IMG/VR virus record: IMGVR_UViG_3300043446_003193
Span: 62,001 to 126,000 of that record
Length of the DNA stretch: 64,000 bases
Reading direction: 5' to 3' (one strand)
Made by a program: the position numbers and the translations under genes. Under the pieces are notes generated by a model. The model ran no database searches and had not been told where the DNA came from. It saw only the letters and a list, made by a program, of their open reading frames with translations. Of the stretch, positions 49,078 through 59,123 are shown one piece after another. Positions within the stretch are counted from its first letter, which is position 1. Every line of letters begins with the position of its first letter.

Positions 49078-49830
49078 TTACTTCTTATTGTACTGGCTAA
49101 GTATCTGTCTTGCCGAACTTTCATCCATATACGGATAAAGTCTATGATATCCCAATGTACCTAATTCAAATTTTGATTCAACACTAAATTTCTTAGATAC
49201 TTCAATTGGTGCATAATTTCCGATATTATACTTAATTAATCTTAAACAAAAGAATATATCTTCTGCAAAAAATGATGCTGTTGAATATTGTCCCAATTGT
49301 ATTAGTTCTTGTAAATCTGTTTCCCATCCAAAGTTTCTGCACACATATTCCATTATTCTAGGATTTCTAATTGATAATCCACCATTTTGAATTGTTTTAT
49401 CACCAACCCAATTATAACAAGGTGCACCAATATAATCCCAATCTAAGAATTCTTCAATACCTTCTCTTAAAAGACCAGTATCGGTTTGGAATATTAAAAT
49501 TCTTTCGTATTCGTATAAATCAATCCAAAAGTTTCTATCAGTTAAGAATAGACAATAATTTAACAATGGTTTTAAATGAGGATTGTTTTTTAATAATTCA
49601 TCAAATCCTGCAATATTTTGTATTGTTTTTGGAATTGGTAAATTAGACGGATATCTTCGGAAATGAATATTATCTTCTTTTAATAACTTTCTATATTCCT
49701 TTTCAGTGCTTTCTGATGTGTAAATGATTATATCAGTATCTTTTGGTAAATACTTCATATGTTCTTTTACAATCTTATAAAATTCTGCAATCTTTCTATC
49801 TTCAATTATAACTGCTCCTAATTTTTTCAT
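49078..49830 (-). CDS. Glycosyltransferase-like protein (DUF5672-like)
   Basis: ILIFQTD...WDYIGAP...NGGLSIRN...EDIFF; start moved to ATG 49830. Confidence 0.75.
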   Translation of the reverse strand: MKKLGAVIIEDRKIAEFYKIVKEHMKYLPKDTDIIIYTSESTEKEYRKLLKEDNIHFRRYPSNLPIPKTIQNIAGFDELLKNNPHLKPLLNYCLFLTDRNFWIDLYEYERILIFQTDTGLLREGIEEFLDWDYIGAPCYNWVGDKTIQNGGLSIRNPRIMEYVCRNFGWETDLQELIQLGQYSTASFFAEDIFFCLRLIKYNIGNYAPIEVSKKFSVESKFELGTLGYHRLYPYMDESSARQILSQYNKK

Positions 49831-49832
49831 AA

Positions 49833-50540
49833 CTATATTTCGTTTTCCCAATTTGTTAAAGGTGATAACCATTTAGTTTCCCCATGTGTAGAATAGCCAG
49901 GAATAGATGATACCAATCTTCTACCTTTTTTAGTTAGGTCTCCCCACATTTGAAAATCATGTGGATATTCTCCTGCTGTCCATTGTCTTAAAACCGCTTC
50001 ATCTTCTTTTAGAGTTTTTACTTTTGCAGCAAATGTCATTGTAGTTGAATTAGTAATCTTAAAATGTGATAACTCACCACAATAAACTCTCGTAAATTCT
50101 GCTCTACCCTCACAATAAGGATTTCCACCTTCAATTGGATTTAAGTATTTATCTCTATGGTCATAAAGTGTAACATAATCCATTCCTAAATTCAAACCAT
50201 CTTCTAATACTTTTTGGGAACCGTCTTTATGTAAATAATCATCTTCTAAAAAGTAAACAATTTCATCTCCCTCTAAAACAAATACTTCCGTTTGTCCTAA
50301 TGCATGTGATAGTGCTAAATTAAATGTTCCAGCTCCATGTCCTATTTGAACTATTTGTGCTTTACCACTATAAATCTTTTCTATTTCTGATTTAAGATTT
50401 TCCGAAACACCATCCATTATAAGTAAAAAATCTTCTTGTCCGAAATGTTTAAGTGCATTTTTAAGACAATTGATTTTAGTAATATAATCGGGCTTCTCTT
50501 TTTGATATCCACCTTCTGATATTCTATAAATAACTTTCAT
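49833..50540 (-). CDS. GT-A fold (GT2-like) glycosyltransferase
   Basis: YFLEDDYLH DxD-type motif, LYDH, STHG. Confidence 0.7.
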   Translation of the reverse strand: MKVIYRISEGGYQKEKPDYITKINCLKNALKHFGQEDFLLIMDGVSENLKSEIEKIYSGKAQIVQIGHGAGTFNLALSHALGQTEVFVLEGDEIVYFLEDDYLHKDGSQKVLEDGLNLGMDYVTLYDHRDKYLNPIEGGNPYCEGRAEFTRVYCGELSHFKITNSTTMTFAAKVKTLKEDEAVLRQWTAGEYPHDFQMWGDLTKKGRRLVSSIPGYSTHGETKWLSPLTNWENEI

Positions 50541-51052
50541 TAACCTCTTTTTATAACTCTAAAACCATTATTGTTTGTTACAGTTTCACATTCTACCCAA
50601 TGAGGATTTGCTTCCATAAATTCTTCAATTGCTCTATTCATATCATTTGCCCATTCGGTATCATGAAATGCAATATATTTTCTGGCTTTATTTCCATGCA
50701 ATTCTAATTCACCCTTCATTTGGTCGTAGTTGTGTTCGGTATCTATAAACAATAAATCGGTTTCTTCTATTTGAATTTCTAATGTGCTTTTTTCTATGAA
50801 CTGAAAATCTATTCCTAATTGGTTTGTTGTATCGTAAACATCATTAATATTTTCCGATGTTCTAATATCATAACAAATTAATTTTTTAGGATTTGAACCA
50901 ACCCAACCCCAAGTTGAAACAACATCTCTAACTCCAAATTCAGTTATATGTTCACATTCTTTCCCATATTTTAACATAAGGGGAAAGTGTTCACAAATAT
51001 CACAACCGGAATTACTTAGTTCTTCTATTTTTTCAGTTACATTAATTATCAT
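50540..51052 (-). CDS. Small-molecule/glycan SAM methyltransferase (Methyltransf_24-like)
   Basis: EFGVR, DLLFIDTEH, IAFHDT. Confidence 0.75.
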   Translation of the reverse strand: MIINVTEKIEELSNSGCDICEHFPLMLKYGKECEHITEFGVRDVVSTWGWVGSNPKKLICYDIRTSENINDVYDTTNQLGIDFQFIEKSTLEIQIEETDLLFIDTEHNYDQMKGELELHGNKARKYIAFHDTEWANDMNRAIEEFMEANPHWVECETVTNNNGFRVIKRG

Positions 51053-51951
51053 TAGAACTTATTTACTTCATTGATTATTTGTGATACATCAAACATTTCG
51101 TCTTGAGAACCATAAGGACACTCGTGAAATTGTCCGTCTAATGAATAATCAAAATAAAGTGAATCAATTCTCTTTGTATTTCCAATTGGTTCTTTTGCTT
51201 CAATATTTTTGTGTATTTCGTAACCAAACATTTTAGGATGTGTTCCAATCCATAAAACTACTGATGGTAATTTGAATGCCGCTGCTGCGTGTTGTAAACA
51301 AGAATCAATTAGGACTCTTTTTGCTGAAACTTTTAATAGAGAGAACAATTCGGTATTACTCATCTGACGAGTAATTGTTTCTACTGCCGGATGATTTACT
51401 GATTGAGATTCGTGCTTACAAATTTGAATGATATGATATTGTTGTCCAAATTGTTGAACCAATGCTTCTACAACTGTTTTCGGCATGTCTCTTGTCCATG
51501 CATAGATTGGTTGTCCATCCATAATTGGGCCTCCGTTTGTATGCAATAACATAATCGGACGAGAACGCTGCCATTGTAAGTGCATTTGATTTTGTGTCAT
51601 ATTCAAATACAATTCTGGCAAATCTTCTTTCTTATTAAAAGGTAAATCATACATCTTATGCCAAGTTTCCGTTAGAGGAGTTTGTTGCATCATATGTTGT
51701 GATTCAAAATAAGGTTCTCTTCTTAAGACAATAGTATCTTTGCCATTGATATAATCATCCCAAAAATAAGGAGATACACCTAATCTATAAACTCTATGTA
51801 TGTAAGGATTGTTTAAAAATATCTCTGGGAAAGAACATACTACGATTAACTTTCTATCTGGATATTTTTTGTAAATATTTTTAAGGATTGCAGTAGATGC
51901 TACATTTTTACCTAGTCCACCTTCAACGTGGAAAATAACGAATTTGTCCAT
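51052..51951 (-). CDS. GT-B fold (GT9-like) glycosyltransferase
   Basis: GGLGKNV N-terminus; LIDSCLQHAAAAF..PSVVLW pattern of the heptosyltransferase family. Confidence 0.7.
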   Translation of the reverse strand: MDKFVIFHVEGGLGKNVASTAILKNIYKKYPDRKLIVVCSFPEIFLNNPYIHRVYRLGVSPYFWDDYINGKDTIVLRREPYFESQHMMQQTPLTETWHKMYDLPFNKKEDLPELYLNMTQNQMHLQWQRSRPIMLLHTNGGPIMDGQPIYAWTRDMPKTVVEALVQQFGQQYHIIQICKHESQSVNHPAVETITRQMSNTELFSLLKVSAKRVLIDSCLQHAAAAFKLPSVVLWIGTHPKMFGYEIHKNIEAKEPIGNTKRIDSLYFDYSLDGQFHECPYGSQDEMFDVSQIINEVNKF

Positions 51952-51978
51952 TTATAACTTTTTAATGTTTTATAGAAA

Positions 51979-52010
51979 TAAATATACGAAAAATAATTTA
52001 GAATACCAAA
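51979..52010 (-). promoter_or_regulatory. Bacteroidota-type promoter TTTG-N20-TATATTTA
   Basis: The only clear copy found inside the structural region; directly upstream of the glycosyltransferase cassette. Confidence 0.65.
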
Positions 52011-52016
52011 AATAAA

Positions 52017-52706
52017 TTATCCCTTTAAATTAGTAGATACTAAATATGATGTTCCGGTATAATACATACCACTTGACCCATCATTAAATTTAACATCTTC
52101 TAAATTATATCCGTTTGGTAAACCATTTCTATTATTCATATCACCTAACCATGTACCTAATTGATAATCTCCATTTGGTTCGGTATAAACAGTATCTCTC
52201 AACCACCATCTTCCATAATCTTTTACTTGCCAATCGGATGCACCTGTTCCATAAAAATATGGATTTCTCATTATATTACCTGTATAATCACCTGAATTTG
52301 ATGTGGATGTTCTATAAATACCAGGAACTGCTGATAAATAGGTATACCCAGTATCTCCAACTACATTGCTAAGAAAGTTTCTCATTGCTCTCCAATGATA
52401 TTTACTTCTTGGCATAATTAAATCTAATCCCAACGCAGTTCCACTATGTACTGCTGTATATGAATTTACTGATATACCACCTGTTATTACATAAAAATCA
52501 TATCCACCGCCTTCTTCTACCATGTCAACATACATTTGTAATGGATTTGGCATAAATTCAGATTGTATCCAATAATAACCAGAAGATTTGTGTGGATAAT
52601 TTCTTGCTAAATCCATACCACTTCTAGCCGGTCTGCTTGATGATGAACCATCTGCAGGTAAAGCATGTGATGAACTTATTATTAAACCTCCTACATCAAA
52701 TGGCAT
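52017..52706 (-). CDS. Fibrinogen-like (FReD-type) domain protein, paralogue A
   Basis: SGYYWI...PLQMYVDM..EGGGYDFY matches the fibrinogen-domain N-terminal motif. Confidence 0.6.
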   Translation of the reverse strand: MPFDVGGLIISSSHALPADGSSSSRPARSGMDLARNYPHKSSGYYWIQSEFMPNPLQMYVDMVEEGGGYDFYVITGGISVNSYTAVHSGTALGLDLIMPRSKYHWRAMRNFLSNVVGDTGYTYLSAVPGIYRTSTSNSGDYTGNIMRNPYFYGTGASDWQVKDYGRWWLRDTVYTEPNGDYQLGTWLGDMNNRNGLPNGYNLEDVKFNDGSSGMYYTGTSYLVSTNLKG

Positions 52707-52709
52707 ATC

Positions 52710-53456
52710 TTATCCTTTTAAATTTGTAGATAATAAATAGCTTGTACCCGTTGAATATGTACCACCATCATTAAATCCAGTCAAACTTCCATCAGAATTT
52801 AATGCGTATCCTGCTGCATATAATCCTAAAAATCCATAAGCGTATTGGTCACCATTTGGTTCACCAAATGTGGCATCTTTTAACCACCATCTGCCTAAAT
52901 CAGGTACTTTCCAATCTGGTGGTCCTGATGCGTAATAATTTGGATTTCTCATAACATATGAAGTATAGTTACCATTCATATATGCTGGATATGAGCCTGC
53001 TGCAACAGTTGATGATGTTGCGTATAATTTACCAACTATTTGCATATATCCTGATAAATTTCCTAATACATTATTTGCGTATCTATACATAGCTTTAAAA
53101 TGTCCTTGACTTCTTGGATATATTAAATCCAATCCCAGTGCAGTTCCACTATGATTTGCATTTGCATAAGATACAGCAGTTCCACCACTTATTGGATAAA
53201 AATCCCATCCACCACCATCACAATCACTATCCAAATTTACATACATTTGTAATGGATTTGGCATTTTTTCATTTTGTATCCAATAATATCCACTAGTTTT
53301 TGATGGGTAGTTTCTTTTTATATCCAATCCACTTCTAGCAGGATATGAACTAGAACTACCATCTGGTGCTAATTGTTTTGATGAATCAATAATCAATGTT
53401 CCTCCAATATCTATCGGCATAATTTTATATTTTTTTAGGTGTAGCACATTCTGCAC
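52710..53456 (-). CDS. Fibrinogen-like (FReD-type) domain protein, paralogue B
   Basis: SGYYWI...PLQMYVNL...GGGWDFY; colinear with paralogue A; true start probably MPIDIGG. Confidence 0.6.
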   Translation of the reverse strand: MQNVLHLKKYKIMPIDIGGTLIIDSSKQLAPDGSSSSYPARSGLDIKRNYPSKTSGYYWIQNEKMPNPLQMYVNLDSDCDGGGWDFYPISGGTAVSYANANHSGTALGLDLIYPRSQGHFKAMYRYANNVLGNLSGYMQIVGKLYATSSTVAAGSYPAYMNGNYTSYVMRNPNYYASGPPDWKVPDLGRWWLKDATFGEPNGDQYAYGFLGLYAAGYALNSDGSLTGFNDGGTYSTGTSYLLSTNLKG

Positions 53457-55866
53457 AAACTTGCTCTAACATAAATCTGTACACTTTACATTGTTTATTA
53501 TTATATAAGAATAAATCATTTTCTCCTTCTACTATGGTATAATCTCCTATACCATTTGATAAGTCCAAATCGGATGTATATACAGTGCTCCATCTATAAG
53601 AAGAACTTCCTAAATTTTGAGTTCCATTTGCTCCAGGTCTAACAGTACCATCACCTACTATAACTAATTTATTATCATAGTTATAAAACCCAAATGATAA
53701 ATTATTACTTGAACTTTGGTCACCAACATAATTGAAAACCATTTTACCCAAATTATAAGACGCCTCTTGTTTTCCTATATTAAATGATAATCCACCACCA
53801 GTTTGACCGGATGCTAATAATGTAACAAAATCAGCATATCCACTACTTAAAGAATAAGTTGTTGTGAATCTACTTATTTGACTTCCAGATGTACATACAT
53901 GCAATGGTACTGATGGTGTTTGTATACCAATTCCTATATACCCATTTCCAGATACATAAAGAGCATCTATTGCATTTGCTCTTAATTTCATAAACCCACA
54001 TGCAGGTGTTGCGCAATGAATATATTCTACTGCACCTGCAGTTGTACCACCCGTTGGTGCTGAGAAATAAATTCTACCGTATCCAGTATCAGGAGAAAGT
54101 ATGTTTATACCTGTTATAGAAGTACTTTCAATTTGTAAACCACCTGTAAGAGAATATGCACTTGCTCCACTATTACCTTGACAAAGTTTAAGTAAATTAT
54201 TTGTTAATACAAATCTATCAATATTTGAACCAGTGGTTCTATCTACAATAGCAAATTGACAACTATTTCTTGATTGTATAGACCAACCACCACTATTAGT
54301 TGCTCCACCTTTTAAATACATTCCAGCATCCCCACCTGTTGCAACTAAACATAACATATTATATCCATCTGATGATGTATTTAATATCAGATTTGTAGAA
54401 CAGATAGTATTGGAAAAACAAGATATACCAGTAGTTGTTATTTGGAAGCGCGTAGCTGTATCATTTGATAAATCCCAGTTACTTCTTACTTCAAAATTAC
54501 CAGTTGTTGTATTTCTACCAAATGACCAAACTGTTCCAGTTTTACCCGCTGCAAAATAAGCGTTTCCAGAAGTATCTCCACAAACTTCTACTTGAATTAC
54601 TGCTTTATCTGATGAGGTACTACCACAATTATAATGATAAAGTCTATGGTCTCCGAATCCTTGTATAGATAAAGTATAAGTAGGTGCAATATTTATACCA
54701 ACACAACTATATCTATCCGCTCCTAATTTTATATACCCACAAGCGTTTGTATTTGCATCTATACCTGGTGTTAAAAATAAATGATTGCTTGTTCCACCTG
54801 CCGTTCTTATTGATGCGGCTTTATCTGCGGTTATAGCTCCACCTTGTTCACTAATAATTAAACCATTACAAGAATTTGCACCTCTTTGTAAAAATATACT
54901 ACCATTACACGCTACTAGTGAAGGTGCACATATTGTACCAGTAAAACATGCAGTACCTGTTCCTACCAAATTATTTTTAATACAAGTTGTAGTACCATTA
55001 TCAAAAATACAAGAATCAGTAATATGAAAACTATTAGTTGATTTTGGAATTACATTTGTTGTCAAACGGGTTTCATTTCCTACACTATCATATGTTTCAG
55101 GACCAGTAATCACCGTAGAAGATGTTACTGCTACGTTTCCCTGATGTACAAATATCCATTCGTTATCTGTTGAGTCAAAATAAAGTGAACCACTTGTTCC
55201 GGCAGCTGAACCACTATCTATTGCTGAAATACCTGCAAATCTAATTGATGGATTTGATGTATTTAATAATATAGTATTTGTACCAACACTTACTGCTGAA
55301 GCAGTTATATTTTGAAGAGATGATGAACCCTGAACTACTAAGTTGTTTTGAATAAAAAGAGTTCCACTTATTGTTTGATTACCAATAAAGGTATTTGAAC
55401 CCGTTGTTGCCAAACTTCCAGTTTTATTCTCTAAGTTTGTAAGACGAGTGTTTTGTGTGGTATTAAGAGTATCAACACTTGCCGATGTAGTTTCTAATGC
55501 ACTCAATCTTGCATTTTGAGTAGTGTTAGTAGTATCTACTGATGCTGATTTGGTTTCCAATGCTCCTATTCTTGCTAAGTTAGATGCAGTTATAGTTTCA
55601 ATAGACCCTAATCTTGCTAAGTTAGATGCAGTAATGGTTTCAATGCTACCTAATCTTGCGGAAGTAGATGATGTAAATGTTTCAATAGAACTCAATCTAC
55701 CATCTTGTGAACTCGTTGTTGATTGTATTCCAGTAATTACTTGATTAATAGATGAACTAAATATTTGTACATCTACTCCACTAACTGTCCCTATTACTCC
55801 ATTGGTAACTGTTAATGATCCTGTTATGATTAATGATCCTGATACGGTTGGGTTGTATTGTAGCAT
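53425..55866 (-). CDS. Tail fibre-like protein (shared module, Cys-rich)
   Basis: Shared module, 14-aa stalk repeats, C-terminal YTIVEGENDLFLYN domain. Confidence 0.7.
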   Translation of the reverse strand: MLQYNPTVSGSLIITGSLTVTNGVIGTVSGVDVQIFSSSINQVITGIQSTTSSQDGRLSSIETFTSSTSARLGSIETITASNLARLGSIETITASNLARIGALETKSASVDTTNTTQNARLSALETTSASVDTLNTTQNTRLTNLENKTGSLATTGSNTFIGNQTISGTLFIQNNLVVQGSSSLQNITASAVSVGTNTILLNTSNPSIRFAGISAIDSGSAAGTSGSLYFDSTDNEWIFVHQGNVAVTSSTVITGPETYDSVGNETRLTTNVIPKSTNSFHITDSCIFDNGTTTCIKNNLVGTGTACFTGTICAPSLVACNGSIFLQRGANSCNGLIISEQGGAITADKAASIRTAGGTSNHLFLTPGIDANTNACGYIKLGADRYSCVGINIAPTYTLSIQGFGDHRLYHYNCGSTSSDKAVIQVEVCGDTSGNAYFAAGKTGTVWSFGRNTTTGNFEVRSNWDLSNDTATRFQITTTGISCFSNTICSTNLILNTSSDGYNMLCLVATGGDAGMYLKGGATNSGGWSIQSRNSCQFAIVDRTTGSNIDRFVLTNNLLKLCQGNSGASAYSLTGGLQIESTSITGINILSPDTGYGRIYFSAPTGGTTAGAVEYIHCATPACGFMKLRANAIDALYVSGNGYIGIGIQTPSVPLHVCTSGSQISRFTTTYSLSSGYADFVTLLASGQTGGGLSFNIGKQEASYNLGKMVFNYVGDQSSSNNLSFGFYNYDNKLVIVGDGTVRPGANGTQNLGSSSYRWSTVYTSDLDLSNGIGDYTIVEGENDLFLYNNKQCKVYRFMLEQVCAECATPKKI
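55570..55659. repeat. 42-nt tandem duplication in the fibre stalk
   Basis: Units 55570-55611 and 55612-55653 encode the repeated TITASNLARLGSIE unit. Confidence 0.8.
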
Positions 55867-55906
55867 TTAGTTAGTCCGATTTGTTATTTTTTATAAATAT
55901 TATCTA

Positions 55907-56254
55907 TTATGGTTTATTAGGCCAATTTATAATATCAGTTACATTTGTTATAGTTGATATTAAATCTCTTAATTCTTGTCTATAAGTTTGCCACTCCACT
56001 TTTTTTTCTTCACTTAATGGAGAATCAATGTTTTGTGTCCAATCGGATTCTGCTAATCTCTTATCTCTTTCTAATCTTACAAAATTTTTATGATTTTCTA
56101 ATATTATATTTTCTAATTCTTCAGATGTAGCCAAACTAATATCATCTGGAATAGGCATATTTAATATTATTGGATTGGCAACAAGATTATCATAATTTTT
56201 ATTGATATATTCTACTGAACCGTCTTCTTTTTCTATTTTTATAAAATCACTCAT
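55907..56254 (-). CDS. Tail fibre assembly chaperone
   Basis: RLERDKRLAESDWTQ...WQTYRQELRDL...WPNKP. Confidence 0.8.
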   Translation of the reverse strand: MSDFIKIEKEDGSVEYINKNYDNLVANPIILNMPIPDDISLATSEELENIILENHKNFVRLERDKRLAESDWTQNIDSPLSEEKKVEWQTYRQELRDLISTITNVTDIINWPNKP

Positions 56255-56266
56255 AATATTAAAATT

Positions 56267-56725
56267 TTAACTATAATAACTTGTAGCTGATTGATTTTGT
56301 GCATATTCAATTATACCAACGGCACCTAAATCCAAACTATGTGAACCTATAAAAATGTTTATTCTACCTTCACTATACCCATCATTACCACTATCAAATT
56401 TAAAACACATATAATTTGGAGAAGCTATTTTGTAAATATTTGATAATGTAGTTGAACCCGTATTATAAATGTACTTATTTAAGATATCAGTACCACTATA
56501 TAAATAACATCCAGCGTGTCCAAAAATTGTACCTCTATTATATAAATATCCCCAATAATAAAAAGATAACATTGCACTACCTGATATCAAATTTGTTTTT
56601 ACATCTAAGTACCTGTTTCCTGCTCTTAATGTAAATTCACCAATGTGTTGCATCATTGGCATGCCTGATCTAGCCCATGTGTTTGTACTTGTTGCATCAC
56701 TAATTACTCTTTGAAATATTGCCAT
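56267..56725 (-). CDS. Hypothetical virion protein
   Basis: 152 aa beta-rich ORF in the fibre array. Confidence 0.55.
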   Translation of the reverse strand: MAIFQRVISDATSTNTWARSGMPMMQHIGEFTLRAGNRYLDVKTNLISGSAMLSFYYWGYLYNRGTIFGHAGCYLYSGTDILNKYIYNTGSTTLSNIYKIASPNYMCFKFDSGNDGYSEGRINIFIGSHSLDLGAVGIIEYAQNQSATSYYS

Positions 56726-56728
56726 AAT

Positions 56729-59098
56729 TTATATAATTTCTTGTAATTGAATTTTGAATTTTTTATTATTTTTGTTGTTGATGATATATAAGTTTTCAGA
56801 ACCCTCTTGTATTGTCCAATTACCATTTGTACCATCAATATCATTACCACCACATTTACCTTCATTACTTAAATGTAAGTCGTTTGTATATATGTGAGCC
56901 CAAGCACAAGTTGAAGTTCCTAAACAATATGTATTATTAGCAGATGGTGCTAAGTTTACAGATACTTGAATACCATCATCTGCAATGTGTAGTTTTAGAG
57001 TTTGATTTGATAATAATCCACCTGTCCAAAATAAGTGTCCTTTACCTGCTGATAAATTTCCACCATATTGATAATAGTTTGTATAGTCAGCTGCCGTACC
57101 GGCTCTATTACCTCTTATAATAATACTATGATTTGCATCTGCTGCGTATATCCATCCATATCCACTACTATTTACAATTCCAATATCACCACAAGTTTTA
57201 GAACTACTAACAATCAATCCGTTTCCTGCACAAACTGTTGATGAAAAACATGCAATACCAGTTCCATAGAAACTTGCGTATTCGGTTGGTGCACCGTTTA
57301 CAAATGCTATTCTTTGGCCACCAACACTAGCATATTGAACTATATACGTGTTTGATGTATTCCCTAAATATAAACCAGATGCTGATCCATCTGCTCTGTT
57401 AATTCCTATACATCCCCCATTTGTTTGAATTTGGCAACCAAAAGTAGTTATACCGTTTGCTGCAATAGTAAGTCTAGTTTGACCAGTAGTTTGAAATAAT
57501 AATCCACCATATGTCATAGCCGATCTATATGATGTACCTATTTTACCATCACATCCACTAATTCCTACATAAATACCAGCATCATTTCCACCTGCTCCTT
57601 CAAACCAAGCTACATCACAAGATGCTATACCTTTAACTTGTAATGTTTGGTATACTCCTCCTGTTGTGCTCCAAGCTTGTCCAACTCCTATACAATTTAT
57701 TACCGCTTGTGGTGCACAAATTGTATTAGAAAAACAAGAAACACCATTGGTAGTATCTATTTTCAATAAACTAGTAAAAGTAAAAGAACATCCTGCTGCC
57801 TGGCATGCGGCACCTTGAAATAATATATTTTGATTATATCCACTAACAACTATTCCGGCTGATCCGTATGATCCATTTTTAATATAAGATGTACCATTAT
57901 AGTAACCATTTGATGTAATATACATTTCTGGCAATCCAATGTAATTGGCTATATTATTTCCATTTCTACCTTCAATAATAGGTGCTACTGGATTTCCCCA
58001 ACCACTTAAAGTTGAAATACCTGATCCAAATCTATCTCCTAAAACATTACCACAAATTATAGATTGGGATGTACAAATTGTATTAGAAAAACAAGCTACA
58101 CCATTGGTATCTATTTTTAATCTAGAATTTGTATTATTAGAATAAAATACCAAATTTTTATTTGTAGATGTACTAGATGCGTAAACAAAAGTATCATTTG
58201 GATCACTATAAATTGAAAGTGGATTTGAACTTGTACATCCAAAATAATTTGTATTTGCAAATGCGTATATTGATGATCCAGCGATAACCGTACTTCCAAA
58301 ACACGCAGTTCCTGTTCCTACCAAATTATTTTTAATACAAGTTGTAGTCCCGTTATCAATAATACAAGAATCTACAATGTGGAATCCACTTTGTACTTTT
58401 GGAATGATGTTTGTCGTTAATTTAGTTTCATTACCTAAATTATCATATGTTTCAGGACCAGTAATCATTATAGATGAAGTTACTGCCAAATTTCCCTGAT
58501 GAACAAATATCCATTCGTCATCTCTTGAATCAAAATATAATGAGCCACTCTTTCCTGCAGCTGAACCACTATCTACAGCCGATATTCCTGCATATCTTAC
58601 AGATGGATTAGCAGTATTTAATAGAACAGTATTTGTACCTATACTTACCGCAGAAGCAGTAATGTTTTGAAGTGAAGAAGAACCCTGAACTACTAAGTTA
58701 TTTTGAATGTAAACAGTTCCACTTATAATTTGGTCTCCAATAAGTGTATTACTTCCAGTACTTGCCAAACTACCAGTTTTATTTTCTAAATTAGTAAGAC
58801 GAGTATTTTGAGTAGTATTTGTAGTATCTACTGATGCTGATTTGGTTTCTAATGCATTTATTCTAGCTACATTTGAAGCAGTAATTGTTTCAATAGAACT
58901 CAATCTTGCGGAAGTAGAAGATGTAAATGTATTAGTTCCAGATATACTCGCAGTAAATGTATTGGTAGATGACGTAAATGTATTATTTGCATTTATATCA
59001 ATTCCGGCAATAGATCCACTAAATGAACCCGTTAGGGATACATTTGAACCAGTTGCTACCGTTGTTGTTCCTTTTAATTGTGGCGAATATATCTTCAT
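56729..59098 (-). CDS. Tail fibre-like protein (shared module, Cys-rich)
   Basis: Shared module; C-terminal WTIQEGSENLYIIN domain. Confidence 0.7.
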   Translation of the reverse strand: MKIYSPQLKGTTTVATGSNVSLTGSFSGSIAGIDINANNTFTSSTNTFTASISGTNTFTSSTSARLSSIETITASNVARINALETKSASVDTTNTTQNTRLTNLENKTGSLASTGSNTLIGDQIISGTVYIQNNLVVQGSSSLQNITASAVSIGTNTVLLNTANPSVRYAGISAVDSGSAAGKSGSLYFDSRDDEWIFVHQGNLAVTSSIMITGPETYDNLGNETKLTTNIIPKVQSGFHIVDSCIIDNGTTTCIKNNLVGTGTACFGSTVIAGSSIYAFANTNYFGCTSSNPLSIYSDPNDTFVYASSTSTNKNLVFYSNNTNSRLKIDTNGVACFSNTICTSQSIICGNVLGDRFGSGISTLSGWGNPVAPIIEGRNGNNIANYIGLPEMYITSNGYYNGTSYIKNGSYGSAGIVVSGYNQNILFQGAACQAAGCSFTFTSLLKIDTTNGVSCFSNTICAPQAVINCIGVGQAWSTTGGVYQTLQVKGIASCDVAWFEGAGGNDAGIYVGISGCDGKIGTSYRSAMTYGGLLFQTTGQTRLTIAANGITTFGCQIQTNGGCIGINRADGSASGLYLGNTSNTYIVQYASVGGQRIAFVNGAPTEYASFYGTGIACFSSTVCAGNGLIVSSSKTCGDIGIVNSSGYGWIYAADANHSIIIRGNRAGTAADYTNYYQYGGNLSAGKGHLFWTGGLLSNQTLKLHIADDGIQVSVNLAPSANNTYCLGTSTCAWAHIYTNDLHLSNEGKCGGNDIDGTNGNWTIQEGSENLYIINNKNNKKFKIQLQEII

Positions 59099-59123
59099 TC
59101 TTTAATTCTTTTTTATAAATATT

